Shown here: positions 43,518-55,724 of the stretch, in pieces | Position numbering within the stretch: position 1 is the first letter of the stretch | Layout: every line of letters starts with the position of its first letter | Assembly: GCF_006345805.1 (NCBI RefSeq) | Contig: NC_042997.1 | Coordinates: 51,398,001 to 51,462,000, forward strand | Reading direction: 5' to 3' | Length of the DNA stretch: 64,000 nt | DNA from: Octopus sinensis | Lineage: Eukaryota | Notes under the pieces: generated by a model | Told to the model about the DNA's origin: nothing | The model's database searches: none | The model's input: the letters and a program-made list of their open reading frames with translations, nothing else | Program-made: the position numbers and the translations under genes

Positions 43518-45785
43518 GTAAGTATTTTAAAATACTAAAGTCTACTTTATGCATATGTGTGTATATATATATGTATATGTATGTCCTTAATAACCAATTG
43601 TTGATAATATCAACACAATTACTTTCATTGTACTATCAACACTATCACTTTCATTGTATTATTTTATTCAATAAGTTAAAAATTTGCAATTTATTTCAAG
43701 GAAAAGAAATTAAAAGCTGTTCAATGAGTTATCCTCAAAATTCAGTTAACATAATCATTTCTGACTTCAGCAAATAGCTTAAAATTGAACCAACCTAGTA
43801 CATTACTAGTATATATTTTATTGACCTTAGAGAGATGAAAATCAAAATCAACTTCAGTAAAATTCAAACTTAGTGGAATGACACTTGTTAAATTGAGAAA
43901 ATTTTTCTTTGTATCTGTGTCAAAGTTATCATTACATACTTTAAAACCCTTATGAGAAAAATCTAGATGACTAAACCATATAATTTCTCTTATATTTCTG
44001 CCTGAGTTCTCTTTATGCCACATCTCATCTGATTGGGTTAAATAGTTATCTATTTTGTTATTATGGCAACATTCTTAATTATCTTAAATGATAGCACAAT
44101 AAAAATATTTATATAGGATCTTAGTTAGCATACTACCTTCAAAACAATTCCCTTTTCACAGAAATTGATTTTCATAAAGCTCACTGGAAATTAGTAAAAA
44201 TTAATCTAAGACAAACCTACCTCTGTGCACTGAAAGAATAAGAGCAGCTTGATGTATCTCTCTATAGCTCTAATTTTTTCTGATTATTAGAAGTAAAATG
44301 CAAATAAGGAATACTCTATTTCAGCGTATGTATATTAGGCTTATTGGTTGATAACATTAACTCCCAACCTTTATACTCAGCACTGAAATGCAGCATAAAA
44401 GCCTAAACAGCCACCCCCATCCCCCCAAAAGAATCCTTTGTAATATCTTCTATTTATTGAAAACACACAGTGCTTTGAATAATTTACCACTTTAAGAATA
44501 TAGTTTCAAAATTAATTTTTTTTTCAATATAATCACATCTAAACTGCATATAGAAGCAAAATATCTCTAGAATAACTGTTGCTTACTCTTTAAAATAACT
44601 CATATTAAATATTTTTCAAATTTTTGTTTAAAGTAACTTGAAAAGATGGAAATCCTTAGCTTTTGTAAAAAGCTTCCCTTATGCTTATTCAGAAAGGTGT
44701 TAGTATTTGGTCATCTTCATAAAGTTTGATTTCCTTCAGAATCATTAATTACATTGAGAAATAATGAACAAATTATTGAATAGAACAAATTTTTCGCAGT
44801 ATGAAACTGTGTAATCCAACTGCAACAGGCTATTAAGTTACTTTTTAATTTTTTTTTTTCTTGAGTAGCTCAAGTGTGAACTGTTTTATATTTTGACTTG
44901 TCAAAGTATTGTTTAGCCTCAGGTTGGCTCTGAGTTAGCAGATCTATGATCAAAAGTATTCCAGCTGTGACAGCCTATCTTTTTTTTTGAACATAGTGTG
45001 TCCTATGACTACAATATTCTATGTCCTTCCATTTTCCTAAAGATTGCAAAGTATAATATGAGAGAAATTTGACTCTTATTTCTAGCAGGTCTAGTTGGTT
45101 CATTGTCAAAATATTTATCAAAAGACATAAGCATATACTTTGTTGCAACTCAAGAGATCTAATTATTACATGAAATACATAAAGTATATATTTCATATTA
45201 CCCAAGAAATATGTATAACTAATCTTGTCCTGTCTTTCTTTCTCTGCCTTTCTCTCACTAACCGTCCCCATTTCTCTCTCTCTCTCTGCACACACATACA
45301 CACACACATAACAAACACTTATTGGAATATTTTTCCATATTCCAATGAGACATGGTCTAATATATGATTGAACATAGTGGAACACATTTTTCTTTCAGTA
45401 TAAGGGTTTATTCAAGGACATGAATTATTTAGTCCAAAGAATCAATAAAAATTCACGAAGGAGAAAAATTATTCTCTATTTATTCACTTATCTATCAATG
45501 ATATCCAACATAGAAAACTAAGCAAACACAAATACAGAGAACCATATTTTCAATTAAACAAGAATCATTAAAAAAAAAAGTATAACGAGGAAAAAGAAAA
45601 CAAAATTTTCTCTCTCAAAGATAAAAGGACACCTTCAAAATGTCCAATTCTTCTTCCCACAACAGAACTTGTGTATGTAATATCAATGTAATAATTTGAC
45701 CCAAAATATCTAAAAAAAAAATTTTTTAATTCATGTATTACTTTAAGCAAATTTTTGTCTCTGAAGCTAACGTTTATTTTTATAG

Positions 45786-45860
45786 CACCAGTACCATACA
45801 AAAATTGATGAATTCCTTGAAAAAGTACAGGTGCAAATGGGGAAATGCTTAGTTGAAAAA
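45786..45860 (+). CDS. CADPS: CAPS/CADPS coding exon (75 nt, phase 0-0)
   Basis: tttttatag|CAC...AAA|gtaagt. Encodes HQYHTKIDEFLEKVQVQMGKCLVEK (CAPS HQYHSKIDELIEE). Confidence 0.95.
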
Positions 45861-45958
45861 GTAAGTACTTTAAATATTCCTGTTTATGAAGTAACTAGTT
45901 TACAATTCTTTTCCTTGTTTCTTCTCTCTCTCTCTCTCTCTCTCTGTCTGTCTTTCTC

Positions 45959-45989
<31 letters not shown>

Positions 45990-47350
45990 TGTGTGTGTAT
46001 ATGTATAACATCAGCAGCAGTACTTTATTTCCACACTCTGTTCTGGCATGGGTTGGAGAACCGTGACTTACTCATACATTCCATTTATACATGGTTTTCC
46101 AACTGGAGGGCATTCTTAACATCAACTATTTTACAGAGTATATTGAGTACATTCATTTACGACACCAAATTTTGTTGCAAGGGGCATTTTGCCAATAAAA
46201 ACTCAAGCATTGATTATATTTTGCTTTTATTATCAGTCCATTAGTCAACTAATTAACTAATCAATTACTTAATTAATCAATTGATTAATCAAGCATTTGG
46301 TTCATCAATGTTATTTTTTTGCTGTTTGCTATTTTATTTCTGTTACAAAGTGATTTCTCTCTGTTTTAATTCGGCATTTATAGTTTATATCTTTGAATAG
46401 GGTGTGTGTCATTTTAATTAGGGTAGTTTTCTTTGATATTTTTGTACTGCATGGTCAGTATCTACATACCTAGTTTGTGTGTGTGTGTGTGTAGCATGTA
46501 TGTTGTTTAATTATGTCAGTGCTTGATGCTTTGTAATTTAGTAGTTTTAAACTTTTTACATTTCTTCTACTGTTTGGTCTAAAACACCTCATCAAGTAGA
46601 CAATTCACAGTGATATTACAAAAAAGCCTTGAATGAAAACCAGGAATGGAAAAAAATAAGTGTCTTTTAACCCTATTAGAGTTATATCCCTATGTTATAA
46701 GAGATGAAAGTACTTCAAGAAAACCTAAAGCTAAGCCTAACCCCAACCCTAACCCTTACTAATAGGGTGGAACCAACTTGGTAGTTAAAATATATTTCCA
46801 TTCATGAGGATAAGGGAGAAAATTTTGCTTTTAGTAAGGCCCCTGAGAAAAGTAAATTCTTAAGAACAATCCTTTTCTCTGCTTAAAATGTTTTCACCTC
46901 CTGCTGCTGTTGTAATATGGCCTGCACTCTTCCAGTAATCTCCAGTTGACATTATATTGCACAGCATTATCTTGCATTTGTATGTTGTGATATAATAGAT
47001 TTTTACTCAGATATTTCTCCATGGAAGACTGGAAATTAACAACATTGCTTGTATGATGATGATGATGATGTTCATTAACAGTCATTTGATGGTAAGACAA
47101 AGCTATGCCCAAACAAATACACACACATACAAATATAAATATACACAGAGCCAAACTTTATTTCTAGTGCATTCATTGCTCACAAAACAAGTATGTACAT
47201 CATGCTGAAGTTAAAATACATTTTCCTATAACAAAATCCATCTTGAATAGTCTGAGAAAGCTTCCAGTATTTGACAGGAATAAACAAGAATAATATATGG
47301 ATAAACACACACACACACACAAATACACCCATTATACATATATATATATA

Positions 47351-47660
47351 TCATCATCATCATCATTTAACATCCACTTTCCATGCTGGCATGAGTTGGA
47401 CAGTTCGACGGGGGTCTGGAAAGCCAGGAGGCTGCACCAGGCTCCAGCCTGAACTGGCAGTGTTTCTACAGCTGGATGTCCTTCCTAACATAAACCACTC
47501 TAAGAGTGTAGTGGGGGCTTTTTATGTGCCACTGGCACAGGGGCCAGAGGAGGCTGGCAACACCCACAATTGGTTGGGACTTTTTACGTGCCACCAGTAC
47601 AGAAGCCAGTCAAGGTGGTGCTGGCATCAGACATGTTTGGATGGTGCTTTTTACGTATAT

Positions 47661-47725
<65 letters not shown>

Positions 47726-48190
47726 ATATGCATACACACACAAATATTATATCATCATCATCCTCATTTGACATCTGTTTTCTATGCTGGGATGAGTTGG
47801 AGTTTGACAGGAACTGGCAAGACTGGGGTCCGCAATTGGTTCCATAGTCTGTTTTGTCACTCTACAGAGGTACTGTAGAGTGCCAACCACTCTACAGAGT
47901 GTGCTTGGTGCTTTTTACATGTTGTGGTGGGTGGGTCTTCTTGAGTACAGCAATGTACTACCTATTTATACACACACACACACACACACACACATACATA
48001 CTCATATCATCATTATTATTTAACATCCATTTTCAATGGGGATATGCTGGACACTTTGATAGAATCCACCAAGCCACAGGGCTGCATCAGGCTCCAATGT
48101 CAGCTTTGGCATGGTTTCTATACGAACCACTTTATAGTGTGTGCTGGATGCTTTTTGTACCACCAACACTAATAAGGTCACCAAGTAGTT
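47351..48190 (-). mobile_element. three tandem copies of a (CAT)n/(ATG)n-tailed short retroposon (RTE-related SINE-like)
   Basis: Copies start with catcatcat-ttaacatcc... near 47351, 47752 and 48006 and share tggatg...aaccact...gtgctttttac. Confidence 0.75.
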
Positions 48191-48479
48191 TGCAAGACAG
48201 GAAAAGAACAAGAAAAAAGTCTCCTACCAAAAGGTTGCGGGGGGGGGGGGGCAGACAGACAAACAGACAGGAAAGGAAGTAAGAAAAAGTTATTTTAAAA
48301 TTATTATTGATAATAAAACAAATCAAGAATTATTTAATACTTTCTTTTCTCTCATTTACGCCTCCTAACCTTTGCTATTATTTCTCAGCTTTTAATTCTA
48401 TTTGGCATTTTTCTAAACAAAATGTGTATCCAAATTTGTCAAAAGTATATTTCTTATTCATTTGAATATTATTTTACAG

Positions 48480-48563
48480 TTATTATCCGTTTTGGAATCA
48501 GTTCTTAGTAAACTTGCCCGCTATGATGAAGGAACATTCTTTTCATCTATTCTATCACTTACG
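48480..48563 (+). CDS. CADPS: CAPS/CADPS coding exon (84 nt, phase 0-0)
   Basis: attttacag|TTA...ACG|gtaagt. Encodes LLSVLESVLSKLARYDEGTFFSSILSLT (CAPS hallmark KLSRYDEGTLFSSFLSFT). Confidence 0.96.
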
Positions 48564-49006
48564 GTAAGTTATTAGTATTTAAAACTATGTTATCAGATTT
48601 ATGCAATATTCTAAAATAAGCTTCAGTTGAATTTTTATGAGTCTTTATTTTTAAGGTAGAGGATACATACCTTTTACAAGTGTTTAAAATTGTTAATTAT
48701 CTATTAAAAAAAAAAGATATCAAAAGCCTTTGCTTTTTAATTAACTCCCTTTGCTAAATGTCTAGTTGTTTCCCTTCCCTACTGAAATTAGAACTGAAGC
48801 ACCATCATTATTTTGATGATAGTTGCTATAAAGTAAAAAATCTGCTGTTATTTCTTCTGCTGAAAAATTTGGTAGCTAATAAAAAAACCAAACATAAGAT
48901 TTTCATTTTTTTTAAATGAATTAAATGTTAACAATAAAGAATATATGTAAGAAAATATCTTTTTTAAAGTTTTAATGTTTATATTGCTATATCTGTAATT
49001 TTTTAG

Positions 49007-49114
49007 AAACCTGTGAATGAACTTGGAAAAGCTTATGTTGATTTTATGCGAGGCAATTTAGAGCAATTAAGACAAAGACTCGCTGATGAATTATTGACAC
49101 TTAATATATTCGAG
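49007..49114 (+). CDS. CADPS: CAPS/CADPS coding exon (108 nt, phase 0-0)
   Basis: ttttttag|AAA...GAG|gtaagt. Encodes KPVNELGKAYVDFMRGNLEQLRQRLADELLTLNIFE, colinear with recalled [36 protein letters not shown]. Confidence 0.94.
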
Positions 49115-49204
49115 GTAAGTGAATGTTTCCAGTTGAAGCTGGCCCTCCCATACCCATCAATATATAGATAAATAGTAATTTTTATTTTATGGATAGATAT
49201 TACT

Positions 49205-49662
49205 CTGCTGGTACCACATTGTGTGAGTTCCACATTGTACTGGTGCCATGTAAAAAGCACCCATTATGCTCTGTAAAGTGGTTGGCATTAGTAAGAGCAT
49301 CCAGCCAGATAAATCATGCCAAAATAGACACATGGTGTCTGGTGTAGCTCTCCAGCTTGCCAGCTCCTGTCAGACCGTCCAACCCATGCCAGAATGGAAA
49401 ACAGTCATTAAATGATGATGATGATGACATTGAAAAGAAGTCAAGAAACCACCAGTGTCACACAAATGGCACTCATGCCAGTGGCATGTAAAAGCACCCA
49501 TTACACACTTGGAGTGGTTGGTGTTTAGAAGAGCATCCAGCCATAGAAAACCATGCCAAATCAGACTGGAGTCTGGTGCAGCCTTCCAGCTTACCAGCCC
49601 ACGTCAAACCATACAACCCATGCCAGCATGGACAACAGACGTTAAATAATGATGATGATGAT
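49205..49662 (+). mobile_element. two tandem copies of the same short retroposon in the opposite orientation
   Basis: gtaaaaagcaccc...gcatccagcc...caacccatgccag..tgga...ttaaatgatgatgatg, ending at about 49427 and about 49662. Confidence 0.8.
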
Positions 49663-50671
49663 AATCACAATAAATTTCTTCTTTCAAGATTGTTGGATAT
49701 GCAGTGAAACCATTCAATAAAATATCTGGTTTTGTATCTGAGCCATCACATATTAATTGAATAGCTTTAACCCTTAGACATTGGACATCATCAACTAATA
49801 TTTCAAAAATTTTATATGGTTACAGCCATCATCAATTTATTCCCAAGCAACTACATCAAATGTGCCTCAGTGTGAGCATGAGAAATCAAGTCACAAATGG
49901 AAGATTCCTTTAACGATGAAGTTTTTTCTGACTTTCCTCCATCTTCAGATGAGGTAGATGATGATGATGAAGAAAGTGATGCATTAATTTGTTCTGAATG
50001 GGGAAAAGAGCACTGATTTTTCTCCAATTGTACATTTGTTTGACAACAACATGGAAATCTCTGATGAATTTATGTTCACTCTATTTAATGGTACTTTTTG
50101 ATAATGTGATTGTAAATTTTATTGTAGATGAGACTAATAATTATTGAAGTTTTTGTACATATTTAAAGTGAAAATACCTATAAAAATTACTCTTAAAAAA
50201 ATGTTTTGTCCATTTGTTTAAATGTTTTTGGCCATTTGGCACTCATATTCATGCAGCCCTTTTCCACTGTTTAAGGATTAAAATAGTACATATATTATAT
50301 TTTCTTAACCTATAATATGCATTATTTCTTTTTAATACATAAATTTAAGTAAATAAAACTAATTTTAGCTTAGAAATGTGATAACTAAAAATCTCCTCTT
50401 TATTGAGTAAATGACTATGAAATAGGTAAGTATCTCTAATGGGTAAGTAACTCTGAAATATTTGCAGTTGATATTCGTTCAAATATAAATTACAATTAAC
50501 TTTAGATTTCACAAAAGAAGCAACATTAGGTACAGATAACAGAGCACAATTTGCAAACTTGCTTAATTTATGCTAGCTTTAAAAATATGAAAGATAGAGA
50601 AACTTGCATAATTTACAGTTTACTTTGAAATGTATTCATTTTGCTCAATAAATATAAATGTTCTGTTACAG

Positions 50672-50776
50672 CAATGGTATACTGGACAAACTAAGTTGAT
50701 ATGTGATTGGCTCACTGAACGGTTAGATTTGAGCCTTCATCCATACCAGTTAACATGCATAATGAATATAAACAAG
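50672..50776 (+). CDS. CADPS: CAPS/CADPS coding exon (105 nt, phase 0-0)
   Basis: ttctgttacag|CAA...AAG|gtatgc. Encodes QWYTGQTKLICDWLTERLDLSLHPYQLTCIMNINK. Confidence 0.95.
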
Positions 50777-50904
50777 GTATGCAGTGTAACTCTTGGAATA
50801 TATTAATTTAAATTTTAAAATTTATTGTTTTTAAAATAACTTTAATCCTCTTAAACATTTTGATAGACCTAGCCAAAAAATATAAATTTCTCTTACAGAG
50901 GAGC

Positions 50905-50986
50905 TTCATTTTAATGCATATCCTCTATAATGCATTTAATTATAGAGGAAATGCAATGCATTATAGAGGATATGCATTTTAATGAA
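50905..50986. repeat. 32-bp inverted repeat hairpin with internal partial duplication
   Basis: ttcattttaatgcatatcctctataatgcatt / aatgcattatagaggatatgcattttaatgaa. Confidence 0.85.
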
Positions 50987-51589
50987 ATATAGTGTTTAAG
51001 CTTCTTTAATGTATTCTTGATGCATATTCAAAAATAAATATCTTTGATTAGAGACTCACTAAAGAGCAATAATATTGGTGTGCGCAATTATATTTAACAT
51101 CTTTTCATGCACTCATGACAAAGTTTGAATCAGAACCAAAATGTTCAACAATTCTTTCTGTCTTTAGAAATTTAATGAATTATATTTAGTGAATACTTAA
51201 TTTTTTATAACTGTTTTATACTTTTAAATTTTTTTTTCAAATATTAAGTATTTTTGTTCACCTCATTTGCACAAGCTGCTAAAATCATTCCTTTTTTTTT
51301 ACCAAATTGAAAACTTTTACATCCAAACTAAATTTTTAAGATTGGTTCAATTAGTTGACTTATGATTATTTAGTATCAAACATTTTAAAATAACAATAAC
51401 TTGCATTCCTTTATTATAAAATTTAAAGCTTTGATCAATAATATTGCTTTTATATTATAAATTAATATTGTGATAAAGTTATGGAATGGAATAATGGTCA
51501 TATGTATTAACAAATAATAGTCCTAAAGTCTCTCAATTTCGAATCAATAAAGACATCTTATTTCATTTCATCTTTTTTGCCCACTTAGT

Positions 51590-51890
51590 CCTAGGAGTAT
51601 CATGGAAGCATAGTCCTCAAGCATATCTTCCATTAGTTCCTTCAGAAAGTCTCCATTTGATATAGCTGGATCCCTACGCAAAATCAACTGAGCTCGTGGA
51701 TGTTATCCAACCTGCTTACTCTTGGTTTACCCTTGGGTCTCCTGCTAGTTGATTTTGCATATAAAACCTGTCCAGTGATTCTTTCCCAAAACATTCTTAT
51801 CATGTGTCCATAATATCACACCTGTAATCTCTAAATTCAGAGGAGTAGCGGCTCTACCTGGAGCACCCCTCTGATCGGAGGAACCCCATT
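51590..51890 (-). mobile_element. RTE-like LINE 3' fragment
   Basis: Minus strand ERLQV*YYGHMIRMFWERITGQVLYAKSTSRRPKGKPRVSRLDNI matches the RTE C-terminal W.GH..RM....R.RGRP..RW.D motif. Confidence 0.75.
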
Positions 51891-52317
51891 TGATATATAA
51901 TGTAATACATTGTATATCTGATAAAGATATACAATATATAATATTATCATGCATATTACCCCAAATGGTTTCTAATATTAGCTAAAAGTTGTTTTTTTTT
52001 TAAATGATATACTGATGCTATGGGGTTTTCTTACATATATTTAATTATACATGTACATTAAATATATAATGAAATTATTGTATAAACTTTAATTCAATTT
52101 GAAATACCTTTATTAGCTCATCATTTTGGGGTAGGAGGAATTGTTAAATATAACTAAATGGAATTTGAAACTTTAGAAACTAATGCTAGATAAACATTTA
52201 ATAAGATTCTCAAAATAGTTATGTAATAAAATTTCTATATATGTCATATTTATAAAAAAAGAATTGTTTTTCATTTTTCAATTTGAAAGACTTATGTCTA
52301 ATTTTATTATTTTTTAG

Positions 52318-52404
52318 AAATACTATTCAGATTTTGAACTGCAAGGTGTACCAGAAACAACTCTCAATAGTAAAACATATCAAACTATATGCAGTCGGCT
52401 CCAG
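52318..52404 (+). CDS. CADPS: CAPS/CADPS coding exon (87 nt, phase 0-0)
   Basis: tttttag|AAA...CAG|gtaaat. Encodes KYYSDFELQGVPETTLNSKTYQTICSRLQ (CAPS DFRLQGV..TLNSKTY). Confidence 0.95.
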
Positions 52405-52564
52405 GTAAATGATAACTTTATAACATGCAATTTATTTATGAATATGAATGAGCTTAATTGCTCATATCAAATCTTCTAGTTATTTGAATGGTATCAAATT
52501 TCCTTCTTGCATTTCATAGCTTAAGAAACATTAATTGCTCCAACTCTTTGAATCCATGAATACT

Positions 52565-52751
52565 CTTTAGCAAGTGCAATTTTGTTTAACTATACCCCTG
52601 GAAGACACAAAAGCGGACAGTCACATGGTGTTGTGTTTATTATTGAAAATAATGATGTTTCTACCAATTAACAATTGTTAACACAAAATCATGTGGTCAC
52701 TCACTTTTGCATCTTCCAGGACTATAGTCAAGCAAATAGTGCCTGCTAAAG
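52565..52751. repeat. old imperfect hairpin (about 73-bp arms), probably a decayed MITE
   Basis: ctttagca...aactata..cctggaaga..caaaag...cacatg...tgtgtt pairs with its reverse complement. Mismatches are mostly transitions. Confidence 0.7.
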
Positions 52752-53879
52752 TGTTCTTACAGGTTCAGAGGGCTAATGGCATATCTACAGTATGCTGGAT
52801 TAGCCATCAATTAGGTAAACAAGCTAGTAGCCATCATCTTTTGTCATTTCAAATGGCTGAAAGGAAAGGATTAACCCTTTAGTTACCAATCTGCCAGAAG
52901 CTACTTCTGGTTCTATGATTAAAAAAAAAAACTTCCTGTTTAAAACTGACTTAAAGAAAAACCTTCCATCAAAAATTCATGTTGATTTATTTTCAAAATT
53001 AATTGAAATAAAGGAATATATTTCAACAGATATATGATAACAAAAAAGGTTAAAAAGATAAACACAAATTTAAAGTAGAATTAAAAACCACTTTTCCCTT
53101 TCTGTTTACAGCCATCAGTTCTGATTCCTTTTAAATGTTATCTTTACCATCAACAGCACACAATTTACTTCTTTTGACTTCCAACAGACACAATGACTTT
53201 TAGAGTTAGTTAATAACTGGGTTATGCTCTGTACAAGAATACTATGACCATAGTATTTCTACTCTCATTTACTCTTAAAGTACAAGCAATGCTAAGAAAA
53301 TTTGTTCAATATTCTGAGACTTAGTTTTTTTGTTTGAAGAAGCCTGGATGACACTGGTGTCATTTAATTAAATCACCCCTAATATTTGGCTAATACTATA
53401 TTCTATTGATCATGGAAAGATGAAAAACAAAGCTGAATTGAACAGAATTTGAACAAAGCATCCAAAAGCTGGAACAAATTCAACAAAGTATTTGGTCAAT
53501 GTTTTTAAAATTCTGCCATTCCACTACCTAGAAATTAAGTCAATTTGCTAAACTTGTCAAGAAAACTACATTGTTACACATTCCTTTAGGCTACAGAATA
53601 GAGTACATTCCTATTCTCTTTGAAGAGTTAGTTATTCTCTATGATACCATTATGTTTAAAATGTGTCCATTCTCAAAAGAAACAACCTTTATCAATTAAA
53701 AGATGACTCCCTTCCAAGAGTTCCAAATAACCTGAACACATCATATCTCCATATATATAAATATATCAAAGAACAAGAAGATATGGTTTCTAATTCATAA
53801 TTCTCAAGGTTAATATTAAAGTCCAAAAGCCTCAACAACCAAAGGTCAATGCAAAACAAATTGATCTTGAATGAGAAAA

Positions 53880-55300
53880 GTACGAAGTACCAAGTTAAAC
53901 TGTAACAAGTACAGTGATAGCTCCTGGTTACACCAGTTCACTAACCATGGAAGAACTGGAGACTGCTATTTTATGTCTTAAATCCAGAAAGACAATTAGT
54001 TTAGATGACATTGCAATTAAACAGATCAAGTATTTTGAACCCGAGACAAAGGAGTGGCTTCTACAGCTGTATAGTCATTGTCTGACAGTATATGAACTCC
54101 CTAAGATCTAGAAGAAGGTTTATGTGATTGATACTGCTGAAACTTGGGAAGAATATATACTACAGACCAGTCTTGCTTCCCAATCGCACCTGCAAGCTTT
54201 TTAAGCACCTAGTCCTTAATAGAAAAGTACCAGCAATGGATGGATGTCACATCTCTGAGATGACATTAGCAAGATTTGTTTTGGGAAATCAATAGGCTGA
54301 GAATGCAACCTCACTCAGCACCACATTAAGAATGATTTTGGAAAAAGAGATGATAACTGGTATGGTGCTTGTTGACTTTTCTGCAGCTTATTGCAGTCAG
54401 TAATAGATGTTTGCTTGGCAAAATACTGGAGACTATAATGGGTATCTCACCTAAAAAGTAAATTGAATGCTTGCTGGAGAACAAGATATTTCTTGTGGAG
54501 TTTGGATGTATGAAGAATGGTTTACCTTAAGACAACAGGATTTTTTTTTGTGTGGTATTGAGTCATAAAGGAAGTAGGTGTTGTAGATTGAAGAATAGCC
54601 AACCTCAGGGGAGCATGCTTTTGTCTATGCTTTCCAATAATCAACCAAAAATTGATGATGTGTACTGATTTGTGTTATGCTGATAATCTGTGAATTGCTG
54701 CACAAGATATAGATTTCTCAATAGTCCAATAGTGAAAGAAAGACTGACAAACTTCCTCATTCAGCTAATGCCATAATATTAAAAAAATTACTCTGTGCCA
54801 AACCATCTATAATACTGAGTATTTAGTACAATCCATCTAAGATATAAGTGTTTGCCTTCTGTTTGAGAAACAGTGAAGCAAAGCACCAAGTAATATTGGT
54901 TAAGAACATTTCTTTTGAGGACTGAAAACCCAGTTTATGTAAGTCTTATTTTTCATTGCTGTCTCAACTTGAAAACATCATCAGCAAACTTACACGTACA
55001 TGATGGAGTAAAAGTGCTCATAGTTCAACTAACCTAGATGTTTCCTGCTCCACAGCTGAATATACTACCTCAATATGTAATAGATCTACCCATGCTAATA
55101 AGTATTGTGCTTCCTGTCAACTGATCACAAATTATCTTAGACATACAACTACTGACAGTCTCTATATTATGACAAGCATAGCTTCACCAGTCATTGGCAA
55201 CCAGTATGAAGGAGCCTTATAGCACCAAATTGATGAATTGCATCCTATGTTTAACCAAACAATTGCTAATTTTCATTTCCTTTATTCAGACAGCTTTCTT
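53880..55300 (+). mobile_element. degenerate non-LTR retrotransposon RT region
   Basis: LTMEELETAILCLKSRKTISLDDI..QIKYF...WLLQLY...LPKI*KK, YRPV.L, GMVLVDFSAAY, PQGS.L and YADNL across frameshifts. Confidence 0.8.
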
Positions 55301-55637
55301 TGCAGCTTCCCTTTCTTTCTTCTCTATTACTTAGTGTGGTTTATGATTTTAGAAATCAAAATATATATTTCAAAATTTAGACTAAAAGCAATTGGTTTAT
55401 CTTCTATAGCCTACTTTAATTCCACTTGAAATGTTTAAAGTGTCAAAGAAATGCTAAAAAGTGATATCATTGCTTTATTTTCATTCTGTCATGTTTATAT
55501 TGGTTTTCTGTAATATAATTCACTTTTGCAGCCATTGTTAAGATTCTGATTACTGAATCATCATCATTTAATGTAAATTTTTCCACTTAAAAAAAAAAAA
55601 ACATCAGATATATCTTTATTATTTGTTTATTTATCAG

Positions 55638-55724
55638 GTGGAGGAGGCCACTCAGTCCGTAACCCAGTCAGACAGTGGACTGCGAGGACGTTTTATGACA
55701 AGTGGAGAAGAAGAATCTGACTAA
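55638..55724 (+). CDS. CADPS: CAPS/CADPS last coding exon including TAA stop
   Basis: tttatttatcag|GTG. Encodes VEEATQSVTQSDSGLRGRFMTSGEEESD*, matching the CAPS VEEATASV...acidic C-terminus. Confidence 0.95.
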   Translation: MEEATQSVTQSDSGLRGRFMTSGEEESD

